This document shows, one piece after another, positions 18,701-28,443 of a stretch of 64,000 bases of DNA. The notes under the pieces are model-generated. The model did no database searches. It had not been told where the DNA came from and saw nothing but the letters and a program-made list of their open reading frames with translations. This stretch comes from an uncultured delta proteobacterium (lineage in GTDB: Bacteria > Desulfobacterota > Binatia > Binatales > Binataceae). Positions within the stretch are counted from its first letter, which is position 1. Each line of letters starts with the position of its first letter. The position numbers and the translations under genes are program-made. The stretch spans positions 928,001 through 992,000 of the forward strand of contig CAVQEQ010000001.1 in the NCBI GenBank assembly GCA_963711565.1, given 5' to 3'.

Positions 18701-20475
18701 ACCCCGCCGCGAGCTTCGACGAACGCAAGCGCCTGTTCGATCTGCCGCGCTCGAGTTGGGCCGACTACAATCCCGCTCTCATCAGCGCCGGCGGCGGCGT
18801 CTTCCGCCGCGGTCAGAAACGCATCGAGCTAAGCAATCAGGCGCGCGCCGCGCTCGGATGCGATGCCGACGCGCTCGACGGCGAGTCGTTGATTCAATGC
18901 ATTCTGCGCGCTCCGGTCGATCTATTTTACAACGGCGGCATCGGCACCTATGTTCGCGCGACGACCGAGACCGACGCCGCAGTCGCCGACCACGCCAACG
19001 ACTCATGCCGCATCACCGCGCCCGAACTTCGCGCGAAGATTGTCGTCGAAGGCGGCAACCTCGGCTTCACTCAGGCGGCGCGTATCGAGTACGCCCTCGC
19101 CGGCGGCCGCATCAACACCGACGCGATCGACAACTCGGCCGGCGTCGATATGTCGGATCACGAGGTCAATCTCAAGATTCTGCTCGAACCCGCGGTGGCA
19201 CGCGGCGAACTCGCCTTCGACGCCCGCAACCGCGCGCTCGCCGCATGCGCTGGCGAAGTTGCCGACCGCGTCATCGCCGACAATCGCGACCAGGTGCTGT
19301 CGCTCAGCCTCGAACAGCTGCGCAGTCGCACGCTCCTTAACGAGTTCCGCGACCATCTCCAGGCCATCGAGGATCGCGGCATCCTGCACGGGATGGAACC
19401 CGCAATGCCTCCGCGCGAGGCGATGCGCGACCGCCACGCGCGCTACCCCGGCCTCACTCGTCCTGAGCTCGCGCTGGCCACGGCCTATACCAAGATCGAT
19501 CTGATCGAGCGGCTCGAGACCACTGTGCTGGTTGACGATTCGTACCTCGTCGGACGATTCCTGCAACCATACTTCCCGCCCTCGCTCGCCGAGCACGCCG
19601 ATGTCGCGACTCATCGCCTCCGCCACGAACTGATCGCGACGCGCGCCGTCAATGAACTCGTCGATCTCGTCGGCTCGACTTTTGTCTTCAGCCACGTTCG
19701 CGATCGCGGCGTCGCGGCCGAGGACGTCGTCCGCGCGTGGGTGATCGCGACCGACGTGCTTTCGATTCACGAACGCGCCGCCGAACTCAAGCGCAACGCG
19801 GCGACGATCGCGGCGGCATCCGAACTGGGCGCATTTCTCGCGCTCGAACGAGCATGCCGCAGCGCCGCCGGATGGGCGCTCGGCGAACTCGAGCCCGCCA
19901 CTTCGATCGGCGCCGCGGTGACCCGCTTCAAGCCTGCCTTCGAGAAGCTATGCGCCGAATTCGAAACGATGCTCGCCAGCGGCGAGCGCGACCGCTTCGA
20001 GCGTCTCTATCGCGAGCTGCGGGTTGATGTGCTCGAGGGCGAATTGGCGCACGGGCTCGCGCGCCTGGCCTTCGCCGATCACATTCTGAGCGTGCTGAGT
20101 CTCAGTTTCGCCCGCGAAGTTGACCCGGTCAGAACGGCTCAGGCCTACTTTCAACTCAGCGCGCAACTCAACTTCGCAATTCTCGAGGAAGCGCTTCAAT
20201 CGATCGGCACTGATGACCGCTGGGAACGGCGCGCCGCCAACGAACTCGCCACCGAACTTCGCGCCGCTCGAATAGCTCTGTGCTGCGCGGTGCTCGACGC
20301 CATCGCCGACGATCCCGATCTGACTGTCGATGAATCGATCGAGCAGTTGAAGCGTGTCCGCGCGAACCGTTTCGCGCAACTAAAGCAACTCTTCGACGAA
20401 CTAAAGACCCTGGCATCGCCGACCCTACCCGCAATCCAAGTCACAATCCGCGCCCTGTCCCGATTGGCTGCATGA
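15721..20475 (+). CDS. gdhB: Large NAD-specific glutamate dehydrogenase
   Basis: ARGGIRFSDR, KNAIIVPFGAKGGF, YLVVAADKGTATFSD, GIGDMSGDVFGNG, EGGNLG, NTDAIDNSAGVD. TTG start inferred. Confidence 0.95.
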   Translation: MAIETELRDLIDRNLPADSAPRVAAFAARLFAHESADNQDRVPAKRRLALVQSAFEFFSVRTEPVIARVEAVPGDDTLAVVETVTTDCPFIVNSLLEYFHHLGANVRTILHPIFKVTRDKDGRIVSFEQSSSAERGESFAHAELKLAPTPEQARQIERNVISILTEVHEATDDFDEMTGRALQICEETAAMRELVEVRDLMRWLVNGGFVFLGFRRYLVTRDDGAAKFVLDPGTELGIMREHDESRFRTSVPLEELSPARRKLFFEGPPLVVGKSRAESHVHRRRPMDSVSIRRADAFGRVVAFDNFVGLFTSKAYAEEAQHIPVLRAKLREVLESEGAVPGSHDYKEIVSAFNSFPKDELFRAPVAELRAQLRLILNVKSEAAVRLFVAPDLRHGNVIALVVMPRESGSADLSRRIQDTLAAALNGTLVYFHLALGEGYTARLHFCFLADPPKTSVIRGLETAIADLARRWDDRLQERLLEKFGPKRGHALAERWAAAFSADYQAAIDVARALGDIEDIEALLAGGRDFVVETEPHKNGDDRSDIRIIGFGDAPMLSELMPTLQNFAIEVLAEDVHELHPRADGKVTRAYLQVFSVHGPNSQPFAKSPGAPLIADAIAAVRNGLAADDALNALTLTAGLAWREVALMRAYLVAAFQMRLAPARLGLQRVLLLYPDITRSLFELFTARLSFDSPATPEKIAELREAYVARLGSIDNIVDDRIARALLSLVEATVRTNFFRETPSPDPYIALKFESARITSLPDTAPLYEIHVNSPRMEGCHLRHGRLARGGIRFSDRVDDYRTEILDLMKTQTVKNAIIVPFGAKGGFIVKPRPRHQADPRDGVEAYRTLMNAMLDLTDNLTDDGPVHPARVRVLDNDGPYLVVAADKGTATFSDIANGIAIERGFWLGDAFASGGEHGYDHKQLGITARGAWESARRHLREMGRDPDRGAPITMLGIGDMSGDVFGNGLLRSRNVKLVAAFDHRHIFIDPDPDPAASFDERKRLFDLPRSSWADYNPALISAGGGVFRRGQKRIELSNQARAALGCDADALDGESLIQCILRAPVDLFYNGGIGTYVRATTETDAAVADHANDSCRITAPELRAKIVVEGGNLGFTQAARIEYALAGGRINTDAIDNSAGVDMSDHEVNLKILLEPAVARGELAFDARNRALAACAGEVADRVIADNRDQVLSLSLEQLRSRTLLNEFRDHLQAIEDRGILHGMEPAMPPREAMRDRHARYPGLTRPELALATAYTKIDLIERLETTVLVDDSYLVGRFLQPYFPPSLAEHADVATHRLRHELIATRAVNELVDLVGSTFVFSHVRDRGVAAEDVVRAWVIATDVLSIHERAAELKRNAATIAAASELGAFLALERACRSAAGWALGELEPATSIGAAVTRFKPAFEKLCAEFETMLASGERDRFERLYRELRVDVLEGELAHGLARLAFADHILSVLSLSFAREVDPVRTAQAYFQLSAQLNFAILEEALQSIGTDDRWERRAANELATELRAARIALCCAVLDAIADDPDLTVDESIEQLKRVRANRFAQLKQLFDELKTLASPTLPAIQVTIRALSRLAA

Positions 20476-20542
20476 TGCACGCCATCGAGCCCCCGCCCCT
20501 GAGAGCAAAGTAGTGCGCCGCGCGCAACTTTGCGCTTCTCAG

Positions 20543-20586
20543 TGGGTGCAGGGGTCACCCCTGCCGCCCGCCGCGCAGGCGATTAT
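20543..20586 (+). repeat. REP-like palindromic repeat, copy 1
   Basis: TGGGTGCAGGGGTCACCCCTGCCGCCCGCCGCGCAGGCGATTAT; hairpin GCAGGGG-TCA-CCCCTGC. Confidence 0.85.
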
Positions 20587-20620
20587 TCCAATTAAGTTGT
20601 CTGCCGCCCGCTGATTCTCG

Positions 20621-21604
20621 TCAGAGCGCGACCCTCGGCAATTGCGCCGTCGCCTGCATCGCGGATTGCGGCGCGGAATCGACGCGCTCTGCTTCCCGCG
20701 GCTCTCTCAAGTCCTGGTACAGCCGCAAGCCCGCCGCGACCAGGAAGGCGGTGGTCGCAAAGTTGACGCCGATCTCTGCCAGGCCGACCAGAAAGATCGA
20801 TGTGCCAAGAAACCCCGTCACCACTCCCACCGGCCCAAACAGCAGGCTCACCACCACGAACGCGCCCGCGGCCCACGTGTTGTATCCCGACCATACCGCG
20901 AGAAATACCACGATCCGCGTCGCCACTTTGAAGAACCGCTTGCGCATCAGGTCGCGGCTGAACAGCAGCGCATGCCAGCTATGCTTGCCGTCGAAGATCA
21001 GCGCGAACTGCGCGAAGTACAACCACGCGTAAATCAACGCGCCGAGCATGATCATCAGCACCAGCGCGATGTATGCCCACACGCCGACCGAACCCGGCAT
21101 GAAATTCAACGTCTCCTGGAACAGGAACAGCCCTGCCGCCGGCGCCAGCAGTTGCAGGATCGTCACCCAGATGAATCCCGGCGCCAGCGGAATCGATCGC
21201 CGGTAAACCTCGATCGCCTCGCCGACAATCGACGGCTCGCGGATTCCCGCCTGGATCCTCTTGAGCGAACACAACGTGATCAGCGTCACCAGCAGAGTGA
21301 CTAGCCCGAAGATCACATGCAGCGCCTTCGTGACCCACGGCGAGAACGGTTGCGGCTCCTGCAAGGGCGCGGTCTTGGCCGGCGCATCGACGCTTTCCAC
21401 TTGCGTGTAGCTGATATTTTGCGATCCCGGCTCGAACGTCGTGGCGAGGTGGTACTGCAGATTCAACGCGTCCGGCAGCAGGCACAACGCCGCCGCGAGC
21501 AGCAACGGCGCCAGCACCACTGCCAGCACCGACCAATTTCCGCGCAGATCGTTTACCGCGTTAGCGAGATATATGAAGCTGCTTTTGAGGCGAACAGGAT
21601 TCAC
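20621..21604 (-). CDS. Hypothetical multi-pass membrane protein
   Basis: About six hydrophobic segments; ALLFSRDLMRKRFFK pattern typical of DUF975/GDPD-membrane-like domains. Confidence 0.75.
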   Translation of the reverse strand: MNPVRLKSSFIYLANAVNDLRGNWSVLAVVLAPLLLAAALCLLPDALNLQYHLATTFEPGSQNISYTQVESVDAPAKTAPLQEPQPFSPWVTKALHVIFGLVTLLVTLITLCSLKRIQAGIREPSIVGEAIEVYRRSIPLAPGFIWVTILQLLAPAAGLFLFQETLNFMPGSVGVWAYIALVLMIMLGALIYAWLYFAQFALIFDGKHSWHALLFSRDLMRKRFFKVATRIVVFLAVWSGYNTWAAGAFVVVSLLFGPVGVVTGFLGTSIFLVGLAEIGVNFATTAFLVAAGLRLYQDLREPREAERVDSAPQSAMQATAQLPRVAL

Positions 21605-21725
21605 GGCGCGTTAGAGGTTGGCATCCTCACCCAATCGAGACAAGTCCGCTGCATTTCCCCATGATCGCTCCCCGCTTCGATGGTATATTGATGGCTCACG
21701 ACGATCCTACACGGAGTACCCACTC

Positions 21726-21974
21726 ATGGCCGACGACCGCGCATTGAAAATCGAGCATGAGAACAAAATGATTCGCCGCCTGCGCTTCCTGGTCGAGCTG
21801 ACCTTCGCCACCATCGCGCAGGACAACGACATGACCCTCGAGCAGGGATGGGAACACGTGCTCGCGCTCAAGGGCGCCGCGGTCACGATGTTTCCCGGCA
21901 AGGAAGAAACCTTCGACCTCGTCTATCTGCCGCGCTTCTCGCGTCTGCTCGCCGAGCGATTCGGCGCGAATTGA
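21726..21974 (+). CDS. Small conserved-looking hypothetical protein
   Basis: GGAG RBS; RRLRFLVEL...FPGKEETFDLVYLPRF; stop overlaps the nagA start. Confidence 0.75.
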   Translation: MADDRALKIEHENKMIRRLRFLVELTFATIAQDNDMTLEQGWEHVLALKGAAVTMFPGKEETFDLVYLPRFSRLLAERFGAN

Positions 21975-23083
21975 AGCTCGCGGGCCTTATCGCAAAGCCC
22001 GACGGCTCGCTCGTCCGCGGGCATGTCAGGTTCGCCGATCGGATCACCGCGCTCGACTCCGTGTCCGATGCCGGCGACGACTACATCCTGCCCGGTTTCG
22101 TCGATCTCCAGGTCAACGGCTCGCACGGCATCAACGTCATGAACGCGTCTGCCGACGCGCTCGCAACTCTAAGCCGTCATCTCGCGCGCGAAGGCACGGT
22201 CGCTTGGATGCCGACCGCGGTCACCGCGCCGATTGAAAAGATCGCGCAGGTTCACGAGTCGATCGCGAGTGCGCTGGAAAATTCGCAGCGCGATGACTCC
22301 GCCGAGGCCGCCGCGATTCTCGGTATGCATCTCGAAGGCCCGTTCATTTCGCCGCACCGCCTCGGCGCGCATCCCACGCTCAACCTCGAGCCGCGCGGCG
22401 ACGCCTTCGATCGTGTGCTCGCGATGCGCGCGCTTCGACTGCTCACCCTCGCACCCGAGCTGCCCGGCGCGCTCGACGCGATTCGCCGCCTTGCTGCGCG
22501 CAACGTCGTCGTCTCGATCGGCCACACCAACGCGACCCTCGATGAGGCGAACGCCGGAATCGCCGCCGGCGCCCAGATGTTCACGCACTTGTTCAACGCG
22601 ATGCGTCCGTTGAATCATCGCGACCCCGGCGTCATCGCCGCCGCGCTCACGCCTTCGCCTGCCATCCCCGCAATCATCCCCGACAGCGTCCACGTGCATC
22701 CCGCGATGCTCCGTCTCGCTGTCACCGCGCGCGGGATAGACGGCATCATCATCGTCACCGATAAAGTAGCGCCGGCAAAAACCACTAACGCGGAAAAAAC
22801 CGTCGGCCGCGCGCGCGCGACGATTCGCGACGGCGCCGCACGCCTCGACGACGGCACGCTCGCCGGCAGCATCATCTCGATGCTCGCCGGCGTCCGCTTG
22901 ATGGTCGAAAAGGTGGGCGTCAGCATCGGCGACGCCGCCGTGATGGCCGCGACCAACCCGGCGAATCTCATCGGCGCCGGCGATCGCGGACGCATTCAGG
23001 CCGGCGCGCGCGCCGATTTAATCGTGCTCAATCAGGCGCTAGAGTTGAAGTCAGTATTCATCGGCGGTCGCGAGCTGAGCTAG
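21971..23083 (+). CDS. nagA: N-acetylglucosamine-6-phosphate deacetylase
   Basis: PGFVDLQVNG, HLEGPFI, TLAPE, GHTNA, THLFNAM, TD, LAGS. Confidence 0.93.
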   Translation: MKLAGLIAKPDGSLVRGHVRFADRITALDSVSDAGDDYILPGFVDLQVNGSHGINVMNASADALATLSRHLAREGTVAWMPTAVTAPIEKIAQVHESIASALENSQRDDSAEAAAILGMHLEGPFISPHRLGAHPTLNLEPRGDAFDRVLAMRALRLLTLAPELPGALDAIRRLAARNVVVSIGHTNATLDEANAGIAAGAQMFTHLFNAMRPLNHRDPGVIAAALTPSPAIPAIIPDSVHVHPAMLRLAVTARGIDGIIIVTDKVAPAKTTNAEKTVGRARATIRDGAARLDDGTLAGSIISMLAGVRLMVEKVGVSIGDAAVMAATNPANLIGAGDRGRIQAGARADLIVLNQALELKSVFIGGRELS

Positions 23084-23127
23084 TCGCCGGTCGCCATAAA
23101 ATCTCAACTACCAATCGGAGCCAATCG

Positions 23128-23982
23128 ATGCCGCTGAACATTGCCTGCGTAGGCCGCGAATACCCGCCCGTCACGATCAACGTCACCCTCGACGCGATGC
23201 AGAAGTACGCGCGCGCCTACAACGACGGCAACCCCGCGTTCTTCGACGCGAGCCGTCCCACCGACATCGTCGCGCCCCCCATGTTCGGCGTCACCGTCAC
23301 CTGGGACGCCCTGATGAAGGCCATGATGGATCCCGATCTCAAAGTGGACCTGTTGCGTCTTGTTCATGGCGAGCAGGACATGGAATTTCCAAATCCGATT
23401 CGCCCCGGCGACGTCATCACCGCGAACGCAAAGGTCCTTTCGATCGAGGCCAAGAGTACCGGCGAGACCATGACCGTCGAGCTGAACGCCGCCAATCAGA
23501 AGGGCCAGCCGGTTCAGAAAACTCTCTTCATTATTTTTATTCGAGGCGCGCGCAACCGCGACGCCGCGGCCACCGAACCGCGCCCCGCCGAGCCCGATCG
23601 CGGTGCGCCGCTCTTCACCGTCGCGCAAACCATCGACAAGGATCAGACCTTCCGCTACCGCGACGCTTCCGGCGATCCCAATCCGATCCACGTCGATGAG
23701 AACATCGCGAAGATGGCGGGCCTGCCCGGCATCATCGTGCATGGCCTCTGCACAATGGCGTTTACGTCGAAGGTCGTGATCGACAAACTCTGCGCCGGTG
23801 ATCCGAATCGCCTCAAGCGCCTGCGCGTCCGCTTCTCCCGTCCCGTGCTGCCCGGCCAGACCATCACCACCAAAATCTGGGCCGACGGCGAGCGCGACGG
23901 CCGCAAAATTTTCGCCTACGAGACTTTCAATCCCGACGGCCAGCCGGTCATCAAGGGCGGCGTCGCCGAAGTCGCAACCTGA
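23128..23982 (+). CDS. Double hot-dog MaoC-type (R)-enoyl-CoA hydratase/dehydratase
   Basis: LVHGEQ in domain 1; SGDPNPIH..IIVHGLCT and VRFSRPVLPG in domain 2. Confidence 0.9.
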   Translation: MPLNIACVGREYPPVTINVTLDAMQKYARAYNDGNPAFFDASRPTDIVAPPMFGVTVTWDALMKAMMDPDLKVDLLRLVHGEQDMEFPNPIRPGDVITANAKVLSIEAKSTGETMTVELNAANQKGQPVQKTLFIIFIRGARNRDAAATEPRPAEPDRGAPLFTVAQTIDKDQTFRYRDASGDPNPIHVDENIAKMAGLPGIIVHGLCTMAFTSKVVIDKLCAGDPNRLKRLRVRFSRPVLPGQTITTKIWADGERDGRKIFAYETFNPDGQPVIKGGVAEVAT

Positions 23983-23997
23983 CGTTCTTTCTCCGCC

Positions 23998-25254
23998 GTG
24001 AAAATCACCATCGGCCTCTCGCTCTCTCTCACCGGCGAATACGCGCCGATGGGCCGGCAGGCCGAACTCGCGATTCGACTATTTATCGCCGACGCCAATG
24101 CCGGCAGCGCGCTGCGCGTCGGCGGCGATCGCTGTGAGTTCGCGCTCGAATCTCACGACGACGCGAGCGATCCCGTGCGATGCGCCGAAATTTATCGCTT
24201 GCTATGCGCGGATCGCCGCGCCGGCATTATCTTCGGCCCCTACTCCAGTCGCCTTGCGCGCGTCGCCGCCCCAATCGCCGAACAATCGGGCCGGGTCTTC
24301 GTCAATCACGGCGGCGCCGGCGACGAACTATACGAGCGCGGCTACAAGCTAATCGTAGGAATACTCAGTCCCGCAAGTGACTATTTGCGCGGCTTCGTCC
24401 GACTACTCACTCAACTCAAGCTGTGGCGCAAGCGCGTCGCGATCGTCGCGTCGAAATCTGTCTTCGCCCGAGCGGTCGCGTCAGGCTTCGAGCGCGCCGC
24501 CGACGAACGTGCGGCGCGCCGCCGCGGAGTCCGCGTCCGCGTCAAATGGAACGGCGCGTTCGATCCCGACTCGACGCCCGCGCGCCTTTTCCCCGCGCTC
24601 AAGCGCAACCGCGTCAACGCACTCGCCAGCGCCGGCAGCTACGATCACGACGTCGCCGTCATGCGCGCGGTCGCAGCCTCCGGCCTCATCATCCCGGTGC
24701 TCGGATGCGTCGCGGCCGGCGTGCGTCGCTTCGAGTCGGACCTGGGCGAGCTGGCGGACGGCATCGTCGGCCCGTCGCAATGGGAGGATTCCCTTGAGCT
24801 CGAACCCGCGCTCGGTCCGACGCCCGCCGAGTTCGCCCGCCGGATGCGCACTGCCGGCGCCGCCGACACTCCCGACTATCCCAGTGCGCAGATTTACGCC
24901 GCCGGCCTCATCACCGCCGCCGCGCTTGCGAGCGCCGGCCGTCTCGACGACGCGATGCTTCGTGCCGCATTTTCCGATCTGCAAACCACCACGATGTTCG
25001 GCGACTTCGCGATCGATCGCGTCACCGGCCGGCAGCTCGGTCATCAGATGTTGCTCGTGCAATGGCATCGCGGGCGCAAGGTGATCATCGTGCCCGAATC
25101 GCACGATGATTCAGGCTCGCTCGATTTTCCCGCCGGATGGCGTCTGCTGCTTGCGGGCGCCGAAGCGCTTCGCTTAAGTCGTCCTGACGATTTGCAGGAA
25201 TCGCTCGACGACGAAGATCCGGACCAGGATAAAGATGAGCGCAATCACGATTAG
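23998..25254 (+). CDS. Branched-chain amino-acid-type (type 1 PBP) binding protein with no evident signal peptide
   Basis: IGLSLSLTGEYA, HDDASDP, IFGPYSS, FGDFAID, LVQW. Confidence 0.85.
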   Translation: MKITIGLSLSLTGEYAPMGRQAELAIRLFIADANAGSALRVGGDRCEFALESHDDASDPVRCAEIYRLLCADRRAGIIFGPYSSRLARVAAPIAEQSGRVFVNHGGAGDELYERGYKLIVGILSPASDYLRGFVRLLTQLKLWRKRVAIVASKSVFARAVASGFERAADERAARRRGVRVRVKWNGAFDPDSTPARLFPALKRNRVNALASAGSYDHDVAVMRAVAASGLIIPVLGCVAAGVRRFESDLGELADGIVGPSQWEDSLELEPALGPTPAEFARRMRTAGAADTPDYPSAQIYAAGLITAAALASAGRLDDAMLRAAFSDLQTTTMFGDFAIDRVTGRQLGHQMLLVQWHRGRKVIIVPESHDDSGSLDFPAGWRLLLAGAEALRLSRPDDLQESLDDEDPDQDKDERNHD

Positions 25255-26452
25255 ACTCGAACGCACCAAGGTCATCGCCATCGGCCTGATGTCCGGCACT
25301 TCGCACGACGGCGTCAGCGCGGCCGTGGTCGAGCTCGACGAGCGTTCCCGTCCGCCCGCGCACATGATTGCGTTTCACACTTTTCCGTACACCGCGCGCT
25401 TCCGCAAAGAATTGCTCGCCGCTTCTGCCGACGAGAAAATCGGCGCCGCCGCGATTTCGACGCTCAACTTCGCCCTCGGCCGCGAGTTCGCCCGCGCCGC
25501 CGTCGAGATCGCCAAACTCGCGCGCGTCGCACTGTCCCGCGTTGCCTTCATCGGCTCGCACGGCCATACATTTTTTCATCTGCCGCCGCGCCGCACGACG
25601 CGTGGACAGCTCGCCTCCACGATGCAACTCGGCGAGTCCGCCGTCATCGCCGCTGCCACCGGTGTTCCCGTCGTCGCCGACTTCCGCACGATGGATCTCG
25701 CGCTCGGCGGCGAGGGCGCGCCCCTCGCGCCGCTCGCTCATCTATGGCTGTTCGCCGACCCGAAGCTCGGCCGCGTCGTGCAGAATATCGGCGGCATCGG
25801 CAACGCGACTTACATTCCGCCGCGCGCAAGCCTCGGCGACCCCAACCTGATCGCATTCGATACCGGCCCCGGCAACGCGATGCTCGACGCGCTCGCCTCG
25901 CGAATCTCCGCCGGCCGCCTCCGGATGGATCGCGACGGACGCCTCGCCGCGCGCGGTCAGGTCAACGGACCGCTGCTCGCGAGGCTGATGCAGAATCCGT
26001 ACTTTCGCCGACGCCCGCCCAAGTCAACCGGCCGCGAGGAGTTCGGCCCACACTTGCTCGATCGCATCGTCGCCGACGCCCGCCGCATGAAAATCGTCAA
26101 CTACGATCTGGTTGCGACCGTCACGGCATTCACCGCGCGCTCGATCGCCGAAGCATGCCGCCGCTTCATCTTCCCGCGTGGTCCCGTCAATCAGTTGATC
26201 GTCACCGGTGGCGGCGCGCAAAATCCCACTCTTATGCGAATGATCGCGGCCGAGCTTCCCGACGTCGAAGTGATCACCGCTGCGGACGTCGGCATCGACG
26301 GCGACGCGCTCGAGGCCGTCGCCTTCGCCATCCTCGGCTACCAAATGCTGCGCGGCCGCCCTGGCAACATCCCGACGGTCACCGGCGCGCGCGCCCCCGC
26401 CATCCTCGGCAAACTCACACTACCGCCAACCCCGGATGAAAAACTGAAATGA
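25235..26452 (+). CDS. anmK: Anhydro-N-acetylmuramic acid kinase
   Basis: IGLMSGTSHDG, GSHGHT, DFRTMDLALGGEGAPL, NIGGIGN, FDTGPGN, PKSTGRE. Confidence 0.95.
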   Translation: MSAITIRLERTKVIAIGLMSGTSHDGVSAAVVELDERSRPPAHMIAFHTFPYTARFRKELLAASADEKIGAAAISTLNFALGREFARAAVEIAKLARVALSRVAFIGSHGHTFFHLPPRRTTRGQLASTMQLGESAVIAAATGVPVVADFRTMDLALGGEGAPLAPLAHLWLFADPKLGRVVQNIGGIGNATYIPPRASLGDPNLIAFDTGPGNAMLDALASRISAGRLRMDRDGRLAARGQVNGPLLARLMQNPYFRRRPPKSTGREEFGPHLLDRIVADARRMKIVNYDLVATVTAFTARSIAEACRRFIFPRGPVNQLIVTGGGAQNPTLMRMIAAELPDVEVITAADVGIDGDALEAVAFAILGYQMLRGRPGNIPTVTGARAPAILGKLTLPPTPDEKLK

Positions 26453-26931
26453 CGATCGCCTTCGAGCGCAACGGCATGCAGTTCGATTTCCGCGCCAGCG
26501 GGATCGCGATTCACCGCGGCCATGTCCTCCTGGTCCGCATCGAGCGGTACCCCTTCTGGTTTCTGCCCGGCGGTCATGTCGAAATCGGCGAACTCGCCGA
26601 CGCCGCGATGATACGAGAGATGCGCGAGGAGACCGGCCTGGACATAAAAATCGATCGCATCGTCTGGGTGGTCGAGAACTTCTTCACGCTCGACGGCAAA
26701 CGCCATCAAGAGCTCGGCTTCTACTATCTGGTCACGCCACCGTCTGGCGCGCCTCAGCTCGATCTCAGCAAGGAATTCTACGGCACAGAAGAAAACGGCA
26801 CGCCGCTGATCTTCCGATGGCATCGCCTCGACGCGCTCGCCGATCTCAATATATTCCCCTCGTTTCTGAGAGCAGGTCTAACCGCGCTGCCTGCTTCAAT
26901 CAGTCACCTCGTTCAAAACGATCTGCCCTGA
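26449..26931 (+). CDS. NUDIX hydrolase
   Basis: Nudix box GGHVEIGExxxxAxxREMREETG. Confidence 0.92.
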   Translation: MTIAFERNGMQFDFRASGIAIHRGHVLLVRIERYPFWFLPGGHVEIGELADAAMIREMREETGLDIKIDRIVWVVENFFTLDGKRHQELGFYYLVTPPSGAPQLDLSKEFYGTEENGTPLIFRWHRLDALADLNIFPSFLRAGLTALPASISHLVQNDLP

Positions 26932-27065
26932 CTTTTCCGGTCAGGATTTACCCACTCCTACTAAAGAATGAGTGCAATAACTTGACGTAAGCGAGCCTCC
27001 GTGAGAGCCTGCCGCGCCTTGACACAGGCGCTGACTTCTTGGCCCTGATTGGTCATGGAGGATAG

Positions 27066-28346
27066 ATGACAAACCGGAACCTGAGCACCGTGGTCGCGAC
27101 TGCGACGCTGGCATTCACAATTTTCATCTCGTCGCCCGCGACGCGCGCCGACGACGATTCGGAAGTCGGATCGTCCCCCGACGCCGCGATCACACTGTCG
27201 AATTTTCAGGCGGCGGTGGTTATCGGGCAGCCCGATTTCTCCAGCAGCATGGTCAACCAGGGGATAGCGGAGGGCAGCGCTGCAGCTGATACCATCTGTA
27301 ATGGTTATGGGGCCGCTGCTGTTGGGCCGACGGGCGTGCTCTATCTTAGCGATGAGTGCAATCAGCGTGTGCTCGGTTTCACCGGAATTCCATCATCCAA
27401 TGACGCCGACGCGGATTTCGTGCTCGGCCAGCCGGATTTTACCACGACCGGCCAAGCCAACGGGGCTAACCAGTTCGGCGGACCTCAATCGCCAGTCATC
27501 TCCGGCAAGGAGCTCCTGGTCTCCGACTGGTACAACAGCCGTATCCTCATATGGAAGACCGCTCCGACGACGACTCAGGCTCCCGCGAACATCGTGGTCG
27601 GCCAGGCTAAATTTGGCACTCGGACGGACGCCTGCAGCGCTAAGGGCCTCGACGCTCCCGAAACTATTTCGGTCGGCGGCGGAAAACTGGTCGTGGCCGA
27701 TTCCGATAACGCTCGCGTGCTCATCTTCAAAAAGATTCCCAAAAAGAACGGCCAAAAAGCGGATATCGTCCTCGGCCAGAAAAATTTCAAGACCTGCGTC
27801 GAACTCAACAACGGCGAAGGAGCAACGGGTTCGCCGACCGCCGCTAACTTCAGTTATCCCGCGGGAATTTGGACCGACGGAAAAAGGATTGTCGTCACCG
27901 ACGAAGATGAAAATCGGGTTTTGATTTGGACCAAGTTCCCGAAAAAGAATTTTCAGCCGGCCGATATCGTCCTCGGACAACCAGACTTCACCTCTGACGT
28001 CGTAAACAACAACAGCTCGGGCGGTTCGGGACTGCCGAGCGCAAAGAACATGAACATGCCTTATGACGGCGTGTTCAGTAACGGCACCCAGCTCTTCGTT
28101 GACGATCAGGAAAACAACCGCATTCTGGTTTGGAACACCTTCCCGACCGCGAATTTCACGCCCGCCGATGTCGTGATTGGCCAGCCGAACTTCACCTGCG
28201 GTGTCGCAAACAACGATGGCTCAGGATGCACCTCGGGCACGGCATCCGCCAGCAATCTCAGCCAGCCGACCGGGGTCTTCCAAATCAACAACCAGCTCAT
28301 TGTAACCGACGGCAATAGCCGGTACCTGATTTACAACGGCATGTAG
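27066..28346 (+). CDS. Secreted NHL-repeat beta-propeller protein
   Basis: Signal peptide; repeated A-D/N-x-V-L/I-GQ-P/K-D/N-F and NxRILIW units. Confidence 0.85.
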   Translation: MTNRNLSTVVATATLAFTIFISSPATRADDDSEVGSSPDAAITLSNFQAAVVIGQPDFSSSMVNQGIAEGSAAADTICNGYGAAAVGPTGVLYLSDECNQRVLGFTGIPSSNDADADFVLGQPDFTTTGQANGANQFGGPQSPVISGKELLVSDWYNSRILIWKTAPTTTQAPANIVVGQAKFGTRTDACSAKGLDAPETISVGGGKLVVADSDNARVLIFKKIPKKNGQKADIVLGQKNFKTCVELNNGEGATGSPTAANFSYPAGIWTDGKRIVVTDEDENRVLIWTKFPKKNFQPADIVLGQPDFTSDVVNNNSSGGSGLPSAKNMNMPYDGVFSNGTQLFVDDQENNRILVWNTFPTANFTPADVVIGQPNFTCGVANNDGSGCTSGTASASNLSQPTGVFQINNQLIVTDGNSRYLIYNGM

Positions 28347-28443
28347 TCGAATTTCACGCGCCGATTCGTCTCCGGCGCCGCCGCCACCGCTCGATCCACC
28401 AGATGACACGCGAGCCGACGCTCTACGCCTCTTCGTCTGTCGT

